From: Promethearchaeota archaeon
GTDB taxonomy: Archaea; Asgardarchaeota; Lokiarchaeia; Sigyniarchaeales; SOKP01
Direction: 5' to 3'
Assembly: GCA_013375475.1 (NCBI GenBank)
Contig: JABXKD010000017.1
Span: 1 to 49,166, forward strand
Length of the DNA: 49,166 nt
The translations under genes and the position numbers were made by a program. The notes beneath the pieces are model-generated. The model saw only the letters and a program-made list of their open reading frames with translations. It ran no database searches and was not told the DNA's origin. Positions 36,641-47,155 of the stretch are shown piece after piece (within the stretch, counting starts at the first letter, position 1; every line of letters begins with the position of its first letter).

Positions 36641-37852
36641 ATGTCAAGCTTAGAATTATTAAAAGATGTGTATTATGTTGGATATGTAGACTGGGAAGTA
36701 AGGAATTTTCATGGATATTCGACACATAAGGGTTCTTCTTATAATGCATATATTGTAAAAAGTGGAGATAAAACGATATTAATTGATACCGTAAAAAGGC
36801 AGTACTTCAAGTATTATTTAGAAAACATTCAATCGGTGTGTGATCCAAAAGATATTGATTATCTTATAATGAATCATATCGAACCAGATCATTCGGGGTC
36901 TTTTCCTTTAGTATTGAAGTATTTACCAAATGCTGAGATTATTGCCTCTACAAAGGGGGTTGAAATTTTAGAACAACATTATCACGAAGAAGTAGATAAA
37001 AGTATTTTTGAAAAAATACGAGCAGTAAAAAACGGTGATACTTTAGATGTTGGAAATGGTAAAATTTTTACTTTTGTTCCTATTCCGATGATCCATTGGC
37101 CTGATTCGATGGTTTCTTTTATGAGTGACGAACATGGAAAAAATGTGTTATTTTCCAACGATGCCTTTGGGCAACATTTTGCTGCATCAAAACACTGGGA
37201 TGATGAAAATAAATTTTCAGAAGTAATGTGGGAAGCAGAAAAATATTATGCAAATATTTTGCTTCATTTATCTAACTTAATTGCTAAGACTCTCCCCGTC
37301 GTTGGAGCTTTACCGATAGATGTTATTTGTCCATCACATGGGGTGTGTTGGAGAAAGAATATCCCTGAAATCATAGAAGCTTATACAAAATGGTCAAGCG
37401 GAGAAATTGAAGAAAATTCAGCTGTGATTATCTATGACAGCATGTGGGAAAGCACAACCAAGATAGCGAAAGAATTATACCACGAGATTTGGCGTAGGGG
37501 AATTCCTGTAAAAAGGTTCAATTTAACTTCTTCTGATTATAGTGATGTAATAACTGAAGCAATGAAAGCTAAAGCGATTATTATTGGAAGTCCAACTTTA
37601 AATCGGGGACTATTTCCTTCCGTGGCAGAATATTTGTGTTACCAGAAAGGCTTAAAACCAATGAACAAGGTTGGTTTAGCTTTTGGATCGTATGGTTGGA
37701 GCAGAGGTGCGGTTAGAGCTATAATCAGTGAAATGGAAGCCACTGGAATAGCGATGTTGGACGATTCAATTGATATACAATTCGTTCCAAAACCTAGTGA
37801 TTTAAACTTTAAGGAAATTGTAGACAAATTAGTTAAAAAAATGGAGGTATAA
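36641..37852 (+). CDS. fprA: Flavodiiron protein (FprA/ROO type, class A)
   Basis: FHGY....GSSYNAY, HIEPDH, HWPD, SNDAFG, PSHG; flavodoxin domain SMWEST, GSPT, FGSYGW. Confidence 0.95.
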   Translation: MSSLELLKDVYYVGYVDWEVRNFHGYSTHKGSSYNAYIVKSGDKTILIDTVKRQYFKYYLENIQSVCDPKDIDYLIMNHIEPDHSGSFPLVLKYLPNAEIIASTKGVEILEQHYHEEVDKSIFEKIRAVKNGDTLDVGNGKIFTFVPIPMIHWPDSMVSFMSDEHGKNVLFSNDAFGQHFAASKHWDDENKFSEVMWEAEKYYANILLHLSNLIAKTLPVVGALPIDVICPSHGVCWRKNIPEIIEAYTKWSSGEIEENSAVIIYDSMWESTTKIAKELYHEIWRRGIPVKRFNLTSSDYSDVITEAMKAKAIIIGSPTLNRGLFPSVAEYLCYQKGLKPMNKVGLAFGSYGWSRGAVRAIISEMEATGIAMLDDSIDIQFVPKPSDLNFKEIVDKLVKKMEV

Positions 37853-37856
37853 ACTT

Positions 37857-39038
37857 ATGGATTTTATATTAACCGAAGAACAAAAGAAATTAAAAGCAAA
37901 AGCAAGAGAATTTGCTATTCGAGAAGTTTTACCAGTAGCTCGAATGTACGATGAGTCTGAAGAATTCCCCTTGCCGGTAATTAAAAAAGCATGGGAAGAA
38001 AAATTATTAAATTTAGGAATTCCAAAGAAATACGGTGGACAAGGCTATGGATTGCTAGATGCTTGTTTAGTAGTTGAAGAAATGTCTTCAGCATGTCCCG
38101 GAATGGCAACTTCTATTTTTGATAACAACCTTGGTGCTGAACCAATCGTTATTGGAGGGAATGAGGAGCAAAAGGAGAGAATTTTAGGTGAGCTAACTAA
38201 TGAACCTAAGCTTATCGCATTTGCAACATCTGAACCAACAATGGGCTCTGATGTAGCTGGCATGAAATGTCGCGCTGAAAAAGATGGGGAAGAATATATC
38301 TTAAATGGAGCTAAATTCTGGATTACGAATGGTGGATATGCTGATTATATTACAGTTTTTGCTACAGCTGATCCTGAGAAAAAACATAAAGGAATTGGAG
38401 CTTTTATTGTAGATACAAAAACGGAAGGGGTAAAATTAGGAAAACATATCCCTAAACTTGGTCAAAAAGCATCCAATACTGTTGCCGTAGCTCTAAAGAA
38501 TGTAAGAATCCCCAAAGAGAATGTTTTAGCTAAACCTGGTAGAGGGTTTGTCTTAGGGATGCAAACTTTTGCTCACACTCGTCCTGCAATAGGGGCTTTT
38601 GCTGTAGGTTGTGCTCGCTCTGCTATGGAATACTCAATTGATTATGCTCAGAAAAGAGAAGCGTTTGGTAGACCTATTGCGAATTATCAAGTAATTCAAG
38701 AAAAAATTGCAAATATGTATAAAGATATTGAAGCAGCTCGATTATTGACCCACAAGGCAGCTTGGGAAGCGGATCAAGGATTAGATAATAATATGAGTTC
38801 TGCTATTGCGAAAGCTTTTGCCTCTGATGTTGCAATGAATGTAACAACTGAAGCAGTACAAATATATGGAGGATATGGTTATTTAAGGACATATCCTGTT
38901 GAAAAATTATTCAGAGACGCAAAGCTTTATCAAATCTATGAAGGAACAAGTGAAATTCAACGTATTATTATAGCACGCTTCGCGATGAAAAAATATGAAC
39001 ACGCAATGCCAAGCGTATTCAAACGAGATAGAGCTTAA
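37857..39038 (+). CDS. Acyl-CoA dehydrogenase
   Basis: SEP..GSD, LNG.K.WITNG, R.AFG.PI, GGYGY, IYEGTSEIQR; GGAGGT SD inside the fprA end. Confidence 0.95.
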   Translation: MDFILTEEQKKLKAKAREFAIREVLPVARMYDESEEFPLPVIKKAWEEKLLNLGIPKKYGGQGYGLLDACLVVEEMSSACPGMATSIFDNNLGAEPIVIGGNEEQKERILGELTNEPKLIAFATSEPTMGSDVAGMKCRAEKDGEEYILNGAKFWITNGGYADYITVFATADPEKKHKGIGAFIVDTKTEGVKLGKHIPKLGQKASNTVAVALKNVRIPKENVLAKPGRGFVLGMQTFAHTRPAIGAFAVGCARSAMEYSIDYAQKREAFGRPIANYQVIQEKIANMYKDIEAARLLTHKAAWEADQGLDNNMSSAIAKAFASDVAMNVTTEAVQIYGGYGYLRTYPVEKLFRDAKLYQIYEGTSEIQRIIIARFAMKKYEHAMPSVFKRDRA

Positions 39039-39150
39039 AAATTAAATTTTATTATTTTATACTCTTTTTTTCTTACTAATATTTTAATATCGATTTGCAT
39101 TTTCTAATTTATTATTTAATTAGGATTTTTTAGAAATTAGGGATAATTAT

Positions 39151-40641
39151 ATGTCTAGGAAAGCTAATGAGAAATCTCAAATTTTAAAAACTGCAAGTTC
39201 GGGAATTGTTCCTATGAAGGAAAAATTATCCTATGCCTTTGCTCAAATGCCAGGTACATTTTATGGCGGAGTTATGGGGGTAATACAATCATTCTATTTT
39301 GCCTGGATGGGTCTTATAACGATATGGATAACCATTGCACAAATTGTGTATGCAATTTGGAATGTAGTTAACGATCCGATTTTTGGTAATAAAATTGGAA
39401 ACACCCGCTATTACAACAAAAAAAGAGGTGAAGTCCAAAGGTATATCCCCTATATTAAATTTGGGGCTCCCATTTTTAGCTTGTGTTTTGCCTTAGTATT
39501 TTTCCCTCCAGATGTGTGGAGAGGGCAAACATCTAACTTAAGTATTCAATTTTGGCTTTTTGCGTGGTATCTTGTGTCCCAAGTTGCCTATGATACTTTA
39601 TTTACTCTTGTTTTGTGTGCGTATGTTGCTTTACTCCCTCAAATGACCTTAAATCAACGGGAAAGGGAGAAAATACAACTCTATAGTACCGCGTTTCAAT
39701 TACCAGCTATTTTAGTTGGTTTTATTATTCCGATTATATTTTTAGCTGATCCTAATCCCGGTAGCATCGCTCAATTTCAAGTCCTTGTAATAGTTATTGC
39801 TATTTTTGGTATTTTTCCATATTTAGTTTTATCCAAATACGTACAAGAACATAGCGAATACATTCCCGAAAATAAAACTCCCTTATTTAAATCATTAAAA
39901 CTCGCTTTTAAAAATCCATCGTTTAGGGTATATATAATATATGATGGAGTTTCAATATTATTTTTGAATCTAGTGATGGTAAGTTTACCCTTCTATTTAA
40001 CCTGGGTTTTAGGACCAATGGAAGGGTTAAATATGCTTATTTTCTGGATTGGGCCAATTATCTGCCTAATTATTTCAATTCCTATTATATTAAAAATTGC
40101 TAAAAAATACTCCACAAAAGCATCTATTTCATTCTATTTTGGAGCTTTATCTATAGGGGGTTTCTTTAGTTTTTTTGCAGGACTTTCAGGCAACTGGATT
40201 CTTTTATCGATTGGTTTTTCAATATTTATGCTGGGTTTCCCCGGAGAGTTTGTACAACATAATCCCATGAGAGCAGATACTATAGATTATGATTATTGGA
40301 AAATTTCGGGTGAACGGAGAGAGGGACTTTATGCGGGTGTAGGATCATTACTTAGCAAGCCTATGATAAGTGTCGCCTTAGCGGTACCCCCGGCTTTAAT
40401 GACCGCATTTGGTTTAATATTTGTGGGCGATGGATTATCAGCAACTCAAGGTTTAGCCCGAGCTTCTTTAAGCGTTAATATAAGTATGACGTTTCTACCG
40501 GGAATCGTATGTTTAATCGGTTTACTAATATGGATTAAGTTTTATCCTTTAACTGGAGAAGTTGTTAAAACGATGAAAAAGGAAGTAAGTATTCTTCACG
40601 AACAAAAAAGAGAAGAGTACGAAGAACGTCGTAGTTCATAG
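39151..40641 (+). CDS. MFS transporter, glycoside-pentoside-hexuronide (MelB-like) family
   Basis: WN.VNDP.FG, AL.P.MT....ER, AD.IDYD....GERREG.Y, YPL; about 12 TM. Confidence 0.9.
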   Translation: MSRKANEKSQILKTASSGIVPMKEKLSYAFAQMPGTFYGGVMGVIQSFYFAWMGLITIWITIAQIVYAIWNVVNDPIFGNKIGNTRYYNKKRGEVQRYIPYIKFGAPIFSLCFALVFFPPDVWRGQTSNLSIQFWLFAWYLVSQVAYDTLFTLVLCAYVALLPQMTLNQREREKIQLYSTAFQLPAILVGFIIPIIFLADPNPGSIAQFQVLVIVIAIFGIFPYLVLSKYVQEHSEYIPENKTPLFKSLKLAFKNPSFRVYIIYDGVSILFLNLVMVSLPFYLTWVLGPMEGLNMLIFWIGPIICLIISIPIILKIAKKYSTKASISFYFGALSIGGFFSFFAGLSGNWILLSIGFSIFMLGFPGEFVQHNPMRADTIDYDYWKISGERREGLYAGVGSLLSKPMISVALAVPPALMTAFGLIFVGDGLSATQGLARASLSVNISMTFLPGIVCLIGLLIWIKFYPLTGEVVKTMKKEVSILHEQKREEYEERRSS

Positions 40642-40666
40642 AAGATCATTTTTTAATCTAAAATAA

Positions 40667-41218
40667 TTATTTTTCTCTTCCCCTTATTTCGTTAGTTGCC
40701 TCTAAAAAGTTAGAATGAATTAAAGTTGGCTTTATCCCTTTTACTTCTAAATCTTGTAAATGCTTCTCTCCGTGCCCCGTAACCATGTAGACTGTTTTAC
40801 AGCCCCCGTTAATTCCAAATTGTATATCAGACGGATGATCACCAATCATCCAAGATGATCTCATATCAACATCCCATTGATCAGCTATTTCATTCAAATA
40901 CTTTGGGTTGGGCTTTCGGCACTCACAATTATCTTCTTTCACATGTGGACAGAAAAATGTTTTTTCAATCTTAATATTATTTTCATTTAATATGGATATC
41001 AAATATTCGTTATACTTATGGAAGTCTTCTACTGTATAGTAACCTTTGCCTATACCCGCTTGATTGGTTACTATAAAAAAGATAAAATTTGATTGCAATT
41101 GCTTCAAACCCTTAATAACCCCGGGCAAAATCTCTAAGTCTTCAATCTTATACGAATAATCTTTGTCCTCTATCAAAACTCCATCTCTATCTAAAATGAT
41201 CGCTCTTTTTTTACTCAT
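40667..41218 (-). CDS. HAD-IIIA phosphatase, GmhB/HisB-N-like
   Basis: LDRDGV, TNQAGI, CPH.....C.CRKP, MIGD..SD. Confidence 0.9.
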   Translation of the reverse strand: MSKKRAIILDRDGVLIEDKDYSYKIEDLEILPGVIKGLKQLQSNFIFFIVTNQAGIGKGYYTVEDFHKYNEYLISILNENNIKIEKTFFCPHVKEDNCECRKPNPKYLNEIADQWDVDMRSSWMIGDHPSDIQFGINGGCKTVYMVTGHGEKHLQDLEVKGIKPTLIHSNFLEATNEIRGREK

Positions 41219-41300
41219 ATTTTTAATAATTTTACAACTTACTTAAAGTAGTCAAATTGCTTTAAATCGTGATAGACGATGTGAAATCTCAGTTTTCATT

Positions 41301-41337
41301 ACTATGTAGACTTAACACACACTATGTAGAATCAACA
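41301..41337. promoter_or_regulatory. Tandem direct repeat (20-bp period), putative operator
   Basis: ACTATGTAGACTTAACA at 41301 and ACTATGTAGAATCAACA at 41321, in a divergent intergenic region just before CTTAAATA. Confidence 0.55.
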
Positions 41338-41402
41338 ATAAGCTTAAATAGAAAGTCAAATATTTATTATTTAAGTTAATACAACATTAATGAGAATAGA
41401 AA

Positions 41403-42245
41403 ATGAGAATCCTAGCTATAATGGGTGGTCCTAGAAAGGGTTATGGGACCATGATAATGCAAGAACTAGAATATCAACTAAAATTGCTTCAGGAAGTTGA
41501 GTTCGAATATTTATATCTTAAAGATGTTCATCTAGAACAATGTAGAGGGTGTCATAACTGCTTTTTTAAAGGTGAAGATAAATGCCCAGTAGGAAAAGAC
41601 GATCGCGATATAATCTTCAATAAGATTGATCAAGCTGATGGTGTAATTTTCATGGCTCCCGCTTATGCCTTGCACATTCCTGCTCTTATGAAAAATTTTT
41701 TTGACAGGTTATCCTACATTTTCCACAGACCTTGTTTTTTCGAAAAAATCGCAATTGGTGTTTGTAATTGTGGTATTGCTGATGCGAAGAAGGTTACAAA
41801 CTATTTCAATCAAGTAGCTAACTCTTGGGGATTTAATTTCGTACATCGATTAGAGATACGGACGATGCCCATTGAAGGAGCAGAAACAAAAATTGTTAAG
41901 AAAATTAATACTACGTGTAAAGTATTCTTAGAGGCTTTAAACGGAAAAAGATATCAGAAACCAAGTTTAGGAAGTGTTCTTGGATTTAAAGTGAGGAAAA
42001 CACAACATAAAATCGCGAGGGATGAAACTAATGCAGATTATAAATATTGGTTTGAACAAGGATGGCTGGAAGACGATAAGCAATATTATTTCGACACTAG
42101 AATAGGAATTAGTAAGAGGATAATTGCAGGATTACTAAATTTATTTCTAAAACCGCAATTCAAAAAGATGTTTGCTGGCGACCCTCAACATGTTTATAAC
42201 CAATATTTAAAATTAGAATCTCTAAATTTTGAAATTATAGCTTAA
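41403..42245 (+). CDS. Flavodoxin-family / NADPH-dependent FMN reductase with a Cys cluster
   Basis: GGPRKGY, CRGCHNC......CP, ADGVI...PAY......MKNFFDR. Confidence 0.85.
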   Translation: MRILAIMGGPRKGYGTMIMQELEYQLKLLQEVEFEYLYLKDVHLEQCRGCHNCFFKGEDKCPVGKDDRDIIFNKIDQADGVIFMAPAYALHIPALMKNFFDRLSYIFHRPCFFEKIAIGVCNCGIADAKKVTNYFNQVANSWGFNFVHRLEIRTMPIEGAETKIVKKINTTCKVFLEALNGKRYQKPSLGSVLGFKVRKTQHKIARDETNADYKYWFEQGWLEDDKQYYFDTRIGISKRIIAGLLNLFLKPQFKKMFAGDPQHVYNQYLKLESLNFEIIA

Positions 42246-42318
42246 AATTAAAAAAAGAAGAATATCACCTAATTAAAAACTTGATATTAATTTTTAAAAA
42301 AAATAAAAGAGAGTTAAT

Positions 42319-42708
42319 TTATTCGGATTTCCACAATCCATGAAGATTACAATATTCCCTAGCAACGAGACCTGTAGTGTCGCCTACTACAAAGGTTGCT
42401 TCAGGCTTCATTCCAGGAGCTAACATCTGCCTCTTATAGCAGTTGTCTTTGCAGATTAATTCAATCCACATGATGTAATGTTCATTCGTCATTGGATGGG
42501 GTGTTCCCATAGAGATTCCAACATCTACAGTGACTTTATTGCCATCAATTGTTATTTTAGGAACATGCTTTTCGCCCTTCCAATCAGCTGTTTTCGCTTC
42601 CATCAAATTCATCGGTTGTCCACAACATATAGTCTCAGGGACTCCTGGATTAAGAATTTCGACGACTTTACCGCACACTTCACATTTGTAAATTGTTTTT
42701 TGTTTCAT
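42319..42708 (-). CDS. dfx: Desulfoferrodoxin (2Fe superoxide reductase)
   Basis: YKCEVCG...CCG; EKHVP, HPM..EHYI.WI, YCNLHGLW. Confidence 0.95.
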   Translation of the reverse strand: MKQKTIYKCEVCGKVVEILNPGVPETICCGQPMNLMEAKTADWKGEKHVPKITIDGNKVTVDVGISMGTPHPMTNEHYIMWIELICKDNCYKRQMLAPGMKPEATFVVGDTTGLVAREYCNLHGLWKSE

Positions 42709-42808
42709 ATCAAACTTTCACTTCCTTTATTTATGAACAGCGTTGTTTCTAATATTTATAAATTATTATTTAATTATTTTGATTAAATTTTATAAAATAA
42801 TAACTAGT

Positions 42809-43393
42809 TTAGAATTCTTCGCACCTTTTTCTGAAAAAATCTCTTGAATGTGAACAGCTTGGACACTCAAAATCGTCTGGAAGCTCATCTAATTCAACTT
42901 GGTAGCCACATTCGAGACATATCCATACTACTTTTTCTCCTCGTTTGAAGAAAATGTCGTCTCCTACTAATTTTAGTAATTTACCATATCTTTCTGAATG
43001 GTGTTTTTCTGCGAATGCAATGGCTCTAAATCTCTTAGCTATATCAAGAAGTCCTTCCTTTTCCGCGATGTCAGCGAAACCCGGATACATCTCCTTCCAT
43101 TCGTAATCTTCACCCTCAATAGCTGATTTCAGATTTTCTTCTGTAGTTCCATAAGTGGTAGGGCCAGTAGCTTTTATTTTTAACTCTTCAAAAGACTCTT
43201 TTTTTTTAAGATCTTGAAGCATTTTATAGTTCCAACCACCATGCTCTCTTTCTTGATTTGCAGTTTCTTCGAAAATTTGTGATATGAGAACATATCCTTC
43301 TTTTTTAGCGATTGAAGAAAACAAAGTATATCTATTTCGCGCTTGAGATTCTCCCAAGAATGCAGCAAATAAATTTTCAACTGTTTTTTTCAT
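42809..43393 (-). CDS. rbr: Rubrerythrin
   Basis: [17 protein letters not shown]...MY, EKHH..RY; C-terminal CLECG...CPSC. Confidence 0.95.
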   Translation of the reverse strand: MKKTVENLFAAFLGESQARNRYTLFSSIAKKEGYVLISQIFEETANQEREHGGWNYKMLQDLKKKESFEELKIKATGPTTYGTTEENLKSAIEGEDYEWKEMYPGFADIAEKEGLLDIAKRFRAIAFAEKHHSERYGKLLKLVGDDIFFKRGEKVVWICLECGYQVELDELPDDFECPSCSHSRDFFRKRCEEF

Positions 43394-43608
43394 TTTTTCA
43401 CCTTTTTTTAGTTCTTTATTGGAAATTTTCAGTAAATTAAACCTTTTTGAATATATATTTATTTCGAGAAAATTAACTTTTTTACTTATAATATAAAGGA
43501 AACTATAGAGGTTTGATTTGACATTTATAATTAACTATTTAGTATTTCTTAAATTTATCTAAGAAAATCTCTCTTCAAATAATCTATAGGAGATAAAAGT
43601 TGAGTTAA

Positions 43609-44742
43609 ATGGATAAGAATAATATTATTCAAAATGTTGATGCTTGTATAGATTGCAAAACATGTATGGAATATTGTGATACCTTTATGGTATCAAATGA
43701 TGTATTAAAATCTCCGAACGGGAGATTAAAAATTGCTGAAAAGATATTTACAAATAAAGAAATATCTGAAGAAGAAATTATCGGATTATATACGTGTACT
43801 TTGTGCGCTTTATGTGATTTAGTTTGTCAACAAAATATTTTGATATCTGAAATAATTCATTCCTCTAAAATGGAATTAGTTGAGCAGAATAAAGCGCCTT
43901 TACCTATTCATAAAAAAATCATTAAAGATATTATGGAAAAGGATAATTCTGTAAATGGAAATCCAGACGAGCGCTTAGATTGGTTACCTGAAGAATATAG
44001 AGATGAAGAAGTTTACGAAAACAAAGATTCAGATACATTATTGTTTTTAGGATGTATGTCCTCCTTTCGGGTAAAAGAGAGTGCGAGCGCAGCTTATAAA
44101 ATCCTAAAGGAGTGTAATTACGATTTTAAGATTTTTAAAAGTGAACCTTGCTGTGGAGAATATATATATTCAGCAGGTAATTTAGATCTCTCCAAAAAAG
44201 TATTTCAAACGAATTTGGAACTCTTTAAATCTAATGGAATAAAAAATTTAATCGTTACTTGCGGTGGATGTCTATATGCTTTCGATAAAGTTTACCCTCT
44301 TTATTTGAAAGATTATGATATAAATGTAAGGCACATTATTGATATTATTTATGAATTAGAAAACAAGAAAAAAATTGACTTAACGCCTTTAAATAAATCC
44401 GTTACATATCACGATCCTTGCAGACTTGGAAGAAAATTTAAGAGCGGACCTCTATATACAGAACCTAGAGCGTTATTAAGAAAATGTGGAATAGAAGTAA
44501 AAGAGTTAGCAGAAGATCATAACGATTGTCCTTGTTGTGGGGCTGGATCTGGAATTAGAGGTGTTGATAGTAGTATTAGTATAAAAATTGGGAAAAAAAT
44601 ATTTGAAAAAACCCAAACTAAGGAGATCACATCATCTTGTCCATTATGCATTTTTAATTTTAGATATGTAAATTATAAAACTCAATCAGAAAAAGAAATT
44701 AAATACGTAACAGATTATGTTTTAGAATCCATTAAAAAGTAA
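43609..44742 (+). CDS. HdrD/GlpC-like Fe-S oxidoreductase (2x4Fe-4S plus 2 CCG domains)
   Basis: CIDCKTCMEYC, CTLCALCDLVC; FLGC, EPCCG, CGGC, YHDPC, CCGAG, CPLC. Confidence 0.9.
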   Translation: MDKNNIIQNVDACIDCKTCMEYCDTFMVSNDVLKSPNGRLKIAEKIFTNKEISEEEIIGLYTCTLCALCDLVCQQNILISEIIHSSKMELVEQNKAPLPIHKKIIKDIMEKDNSVNGNPDERLDWLPEEYRDEEVYENKDSDTLLFLGCMSSFRVKESASAAYKILKECNYDFKIFKSEPCCGEYIYSAGNLDLSKKVFQTNLELFKSNGIKNLIVTCGGCLYAFDKVYPLYLKDYDINVRHIIDIIYELENKKKIDLTPLNKSVTYHDPCRLGRKFKSGPLYTEPRALLRKCGIEVKELAEDHNDCPCCGAGSGIRGVDSSISIKIGKKIFEKTQTKEITSSCPLCIFNFRYVNYKTQSEKEIKYVTDYVLESIKK

Positions 44743-44767
44743 AGTGAAACTAATTATTTCTTTAAAA

Positions 44768-47155
44768 TTAATAGTTTGTGCTTTTAACACCACCATTTTC
44801 TACAGGATAACCACTTCTGTGCCACATTATCATTCCACCGGTTAAATTTCTGACGTCTTTGAAGCCTGCTCTAGCTAAGAGTTGAGCTGCCATCATCGAG
44901 CGCGATCCACTATGACAAATTACAACAATTTCCTCATCTTTATACTGTTCTAAAGCATCAATTTTGTGCATTAATTCGCCTAAGGGTATCAATTTGGAAT
45001 TTTTTATGTGTCCAGTTCTTCCCTTATACTCTTGTGGTGTTCTTACATCTATTAAAATTGTTGGAACCTCGCCTGAATCCATTCTCTCATATAGTTCATT
45101 CGCAGTTATATTTGATAAGGCAGGTGCTCCTATAGCTCTTATTTGTTTCCTAGTCTTTTTCTCAAGTTTCACTGGCGCTTCAATTTCTTCGCGTGTTGCA
45201 ATACCTTTTTCTAATGTGGCAACTAACTTTCCTTCTTCTTTTCCCAGCGTTAATAACTTAACAGCTTCATTTAATTTTGCGTATGCCTCAACACTGGCTT
45301 TAAATCCTGGATCTGTAGCATATATTTTTAACTTTTTATTCTCGGGCAACATTTCAAGAGATTTTATAAGAGCATTTAAAGGACCAGGACAAGCTAAGCC
45401 AGAAGCATCTATTTCGATATAGTCTTCGGTTATCTTGTGTTTTTTTTCAATAAATTCTTCTATTACTTCTTCGGATGCACCGCACTCAGCAGCTATTTCT
45501 TCAGTTGTAGCTTTAGCTGTTTTATAGAGTTTATATCCACCAGTTAAATTTTTAACTTGATATCCTTTTTGGATTAAGAACCTAGTAGCAAGGTAAGCTC
45601 TGAATCCTACTTCACAGAATAGATAAATATTCTTATTTTGTGGTATTTCATTCAGTCGATTTCTTAACTCTAAATCGCTTATATTTATTGCTCCCTCAAT
45701 AGTCCCAATTTCATATTCATCAGCTGTTCGAACATCGAGGATAATACTATTATTTGATTGTATTTTGGCTAATTCGTTCCAATGCCAGATAGGCATATCA
45801 CCTTTAAGCACATTTGATGCAACAAAACCAGCCATATTCACAGGATCTTTGGCAGAACCATACGGAGGTGCGTATGTAAGCTCAAGTTCCTCTAAATCAA
45901 AAACAGTTCCATCAAATTTCATAACGGTGGAAATTACATCAATTCTTTTTTCTGTTCCCGAGCCTCCTACTGCTTGTGCTCCAAGAATTCTTCCATTTGG
46001 ATTTTCAAAGATGAGTTTTAAAGTTATAGGCACTGCTCCAGGATAGTATCCAGCGTGGTTATTAGGATGAACATATATTTTTTCATATTTTAGTTCAGTT
46101 TTATTTAATTCTTTTTCATTTAATCCAACTGAAGAAACGGTTAAATCGAATACTTTGACGACAGAAGCACCTAACACTCCATTATACCTTGAGTTGCGCC
46201 CAGCTATGACATCAGCGACAATTCTACCTTGTTTATTAGCTGGTCCTGCTAATGGTACTCCAGTTGGTTTTTTTGTAACGAAATTTTTAATCTGAATGGC
46301 ATCTCCAACAGCAAATATTGAAGGATCAGATGTCCTCATTTGCTCATCTACAATAATATGACCTTTAGGACCAATATCTAATCCTGCTTCTTCAGCTAAC
46401 TGATTCTCAGGTTTTACGCCAATAGCTAGTATTATCATATCTGTTTTAATTCTCCCCCCACTCTTAGTGATTACATAATTGAATCCTTCGCTGCTAACTT
46501 CAAAAGAATCTACTGGATCTTCTAACTGTAAACAAACGCCGTTTAGGAGTAATTCTTGGTGCACGAACTGAGCAATTTCCTTATCTAAAGAAGCCATGAC
46601 TTGGTCAAGCATTTCCGTAACCTTTACTTTAATCCCACGATGCCTAAGATTTTCTGCCATTTCTAAGCCAATAAATCCTCCTCCGATCACTGTCGCATGT
46701 TTAACGTTATTCCTCTCTATATGAGATATAATTTTATTAGAATCGGGGATATTTCTTAAGGTAAAAACCGGAACATCGTTCATCCCTGTGAAAGGAGGAA
46801 CAATCGGAGATGCTCCAGGAGAAAGGATAAGATAATTGTAATCTAATTGTATTGTATTCCCGTCTTTTAAATTTTCAACGGTTATATTTTTATTAATTCT
46901 ATCAATGCTTTTTACTTCGTGGTTTATTTTAATATTTATATTAAATCGATCGAGAAATTTCTCTGGAGTCATAAGTTTTAACCGTGCTTCTTCTTTTATT
47001 ACCTGACCAACATAATAAGGTAAACCACAGTTTGCAAAAGAAACAAATGGGCCTCTTTCAAGGACAGTTATTTCTAAATCCTCTCTTAATCTTCTCAGTC
47101 TCGCGGCAGCTGAAGCTCCGCCAGCTACTCCACCAACTATGATTACTTTTTTCAT
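44768..47155 (-). CDS. CoA-disulfide/persulfide reductase fused to rhodanese, TusA and a second rhodanese
   Basis: GGVAGGA, SFANCGLP, GGGFIGLE, YAPP; rhodanese FCEVGFRA; TusA DASGLACPGP; rhodanese ICHSGSRS. Confidence 0.92.
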   Translation of the reverse strand: MKKVIIVGGVAGGASAAARLRRLREDLEITVLERGPFVSFANCGLPYYVGQVIKEEARLKLMTPEKFLDRFNINIKINHEVKSIDRINKNITVENLKDGNTIQLDYNYLILSPGASPIVPPFTGMNDVPVFTLRNIPDSNKIISHIERNNVKHATVIGGGFIGLEMAENLRHRGIKVKVTEMLDQVMASLDKEIAQFVHQELLLNGVCLQLEDPVDSFEVSSEGFNYVITKSGGRIKTDMIILAIGVKPENQLAEEAGLDIGPKGHIIVDEQMRTSDPSIFAVGDAIQIKNFVTKKPTGVPLAGPANKQGRIVADVIAGRNSRYNGVLGASVVKVFDLTVSSVGLNEKELNKTELKYEKIYVHPNNHAGYYPGAVPITLKLIFENPNGRILGAQAVGGSGTEKRIDVISTVMKFDGTVFDLEELELTYAPPYGSAKDPVNMAGFVASNVLKGDMPIWHWNELAKIQSNNSIILDVRTADEYEIGTIEGAINISDLELRNRLNEIPQNKNIYLFCEVGFRAYLATRFLIQKGYQVKNLTGGYKLYKTAKATTEEIAAECGASEEVIEEFIEKKHKITEDYIEIDASGLACPGPLNALIKSLEMLPENKKLKIYATDPGFKASVEAYAKLNEAVKLLTLGKEEGKLVATLEKGIATREEIEAPVKLEKKTRKQIRAIGAPALSNITANELYERMDSGEVPTILIDVRTPQEYKGRTGHIKNSKLIPLGELMHKIDALEQYKDEEIVVICHSGSRSMMAAQLLARAGFKDVRNLTGGMIMWHRSGYPVENGGVKSTNY

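Noticed and set aside
41301-41340. Direct repeat as a CRISPR remnant or IS end
   Set aside because: Only two short copies with no spacer-length gap, and no cas or transposase gene.
42750-42805. PerR/Fur-like TTATAA boxes upstream of dfx and other redox genes
   Set aside because: Indistinguishable from background and TATA elements in such AT-rich intergenic DNA.
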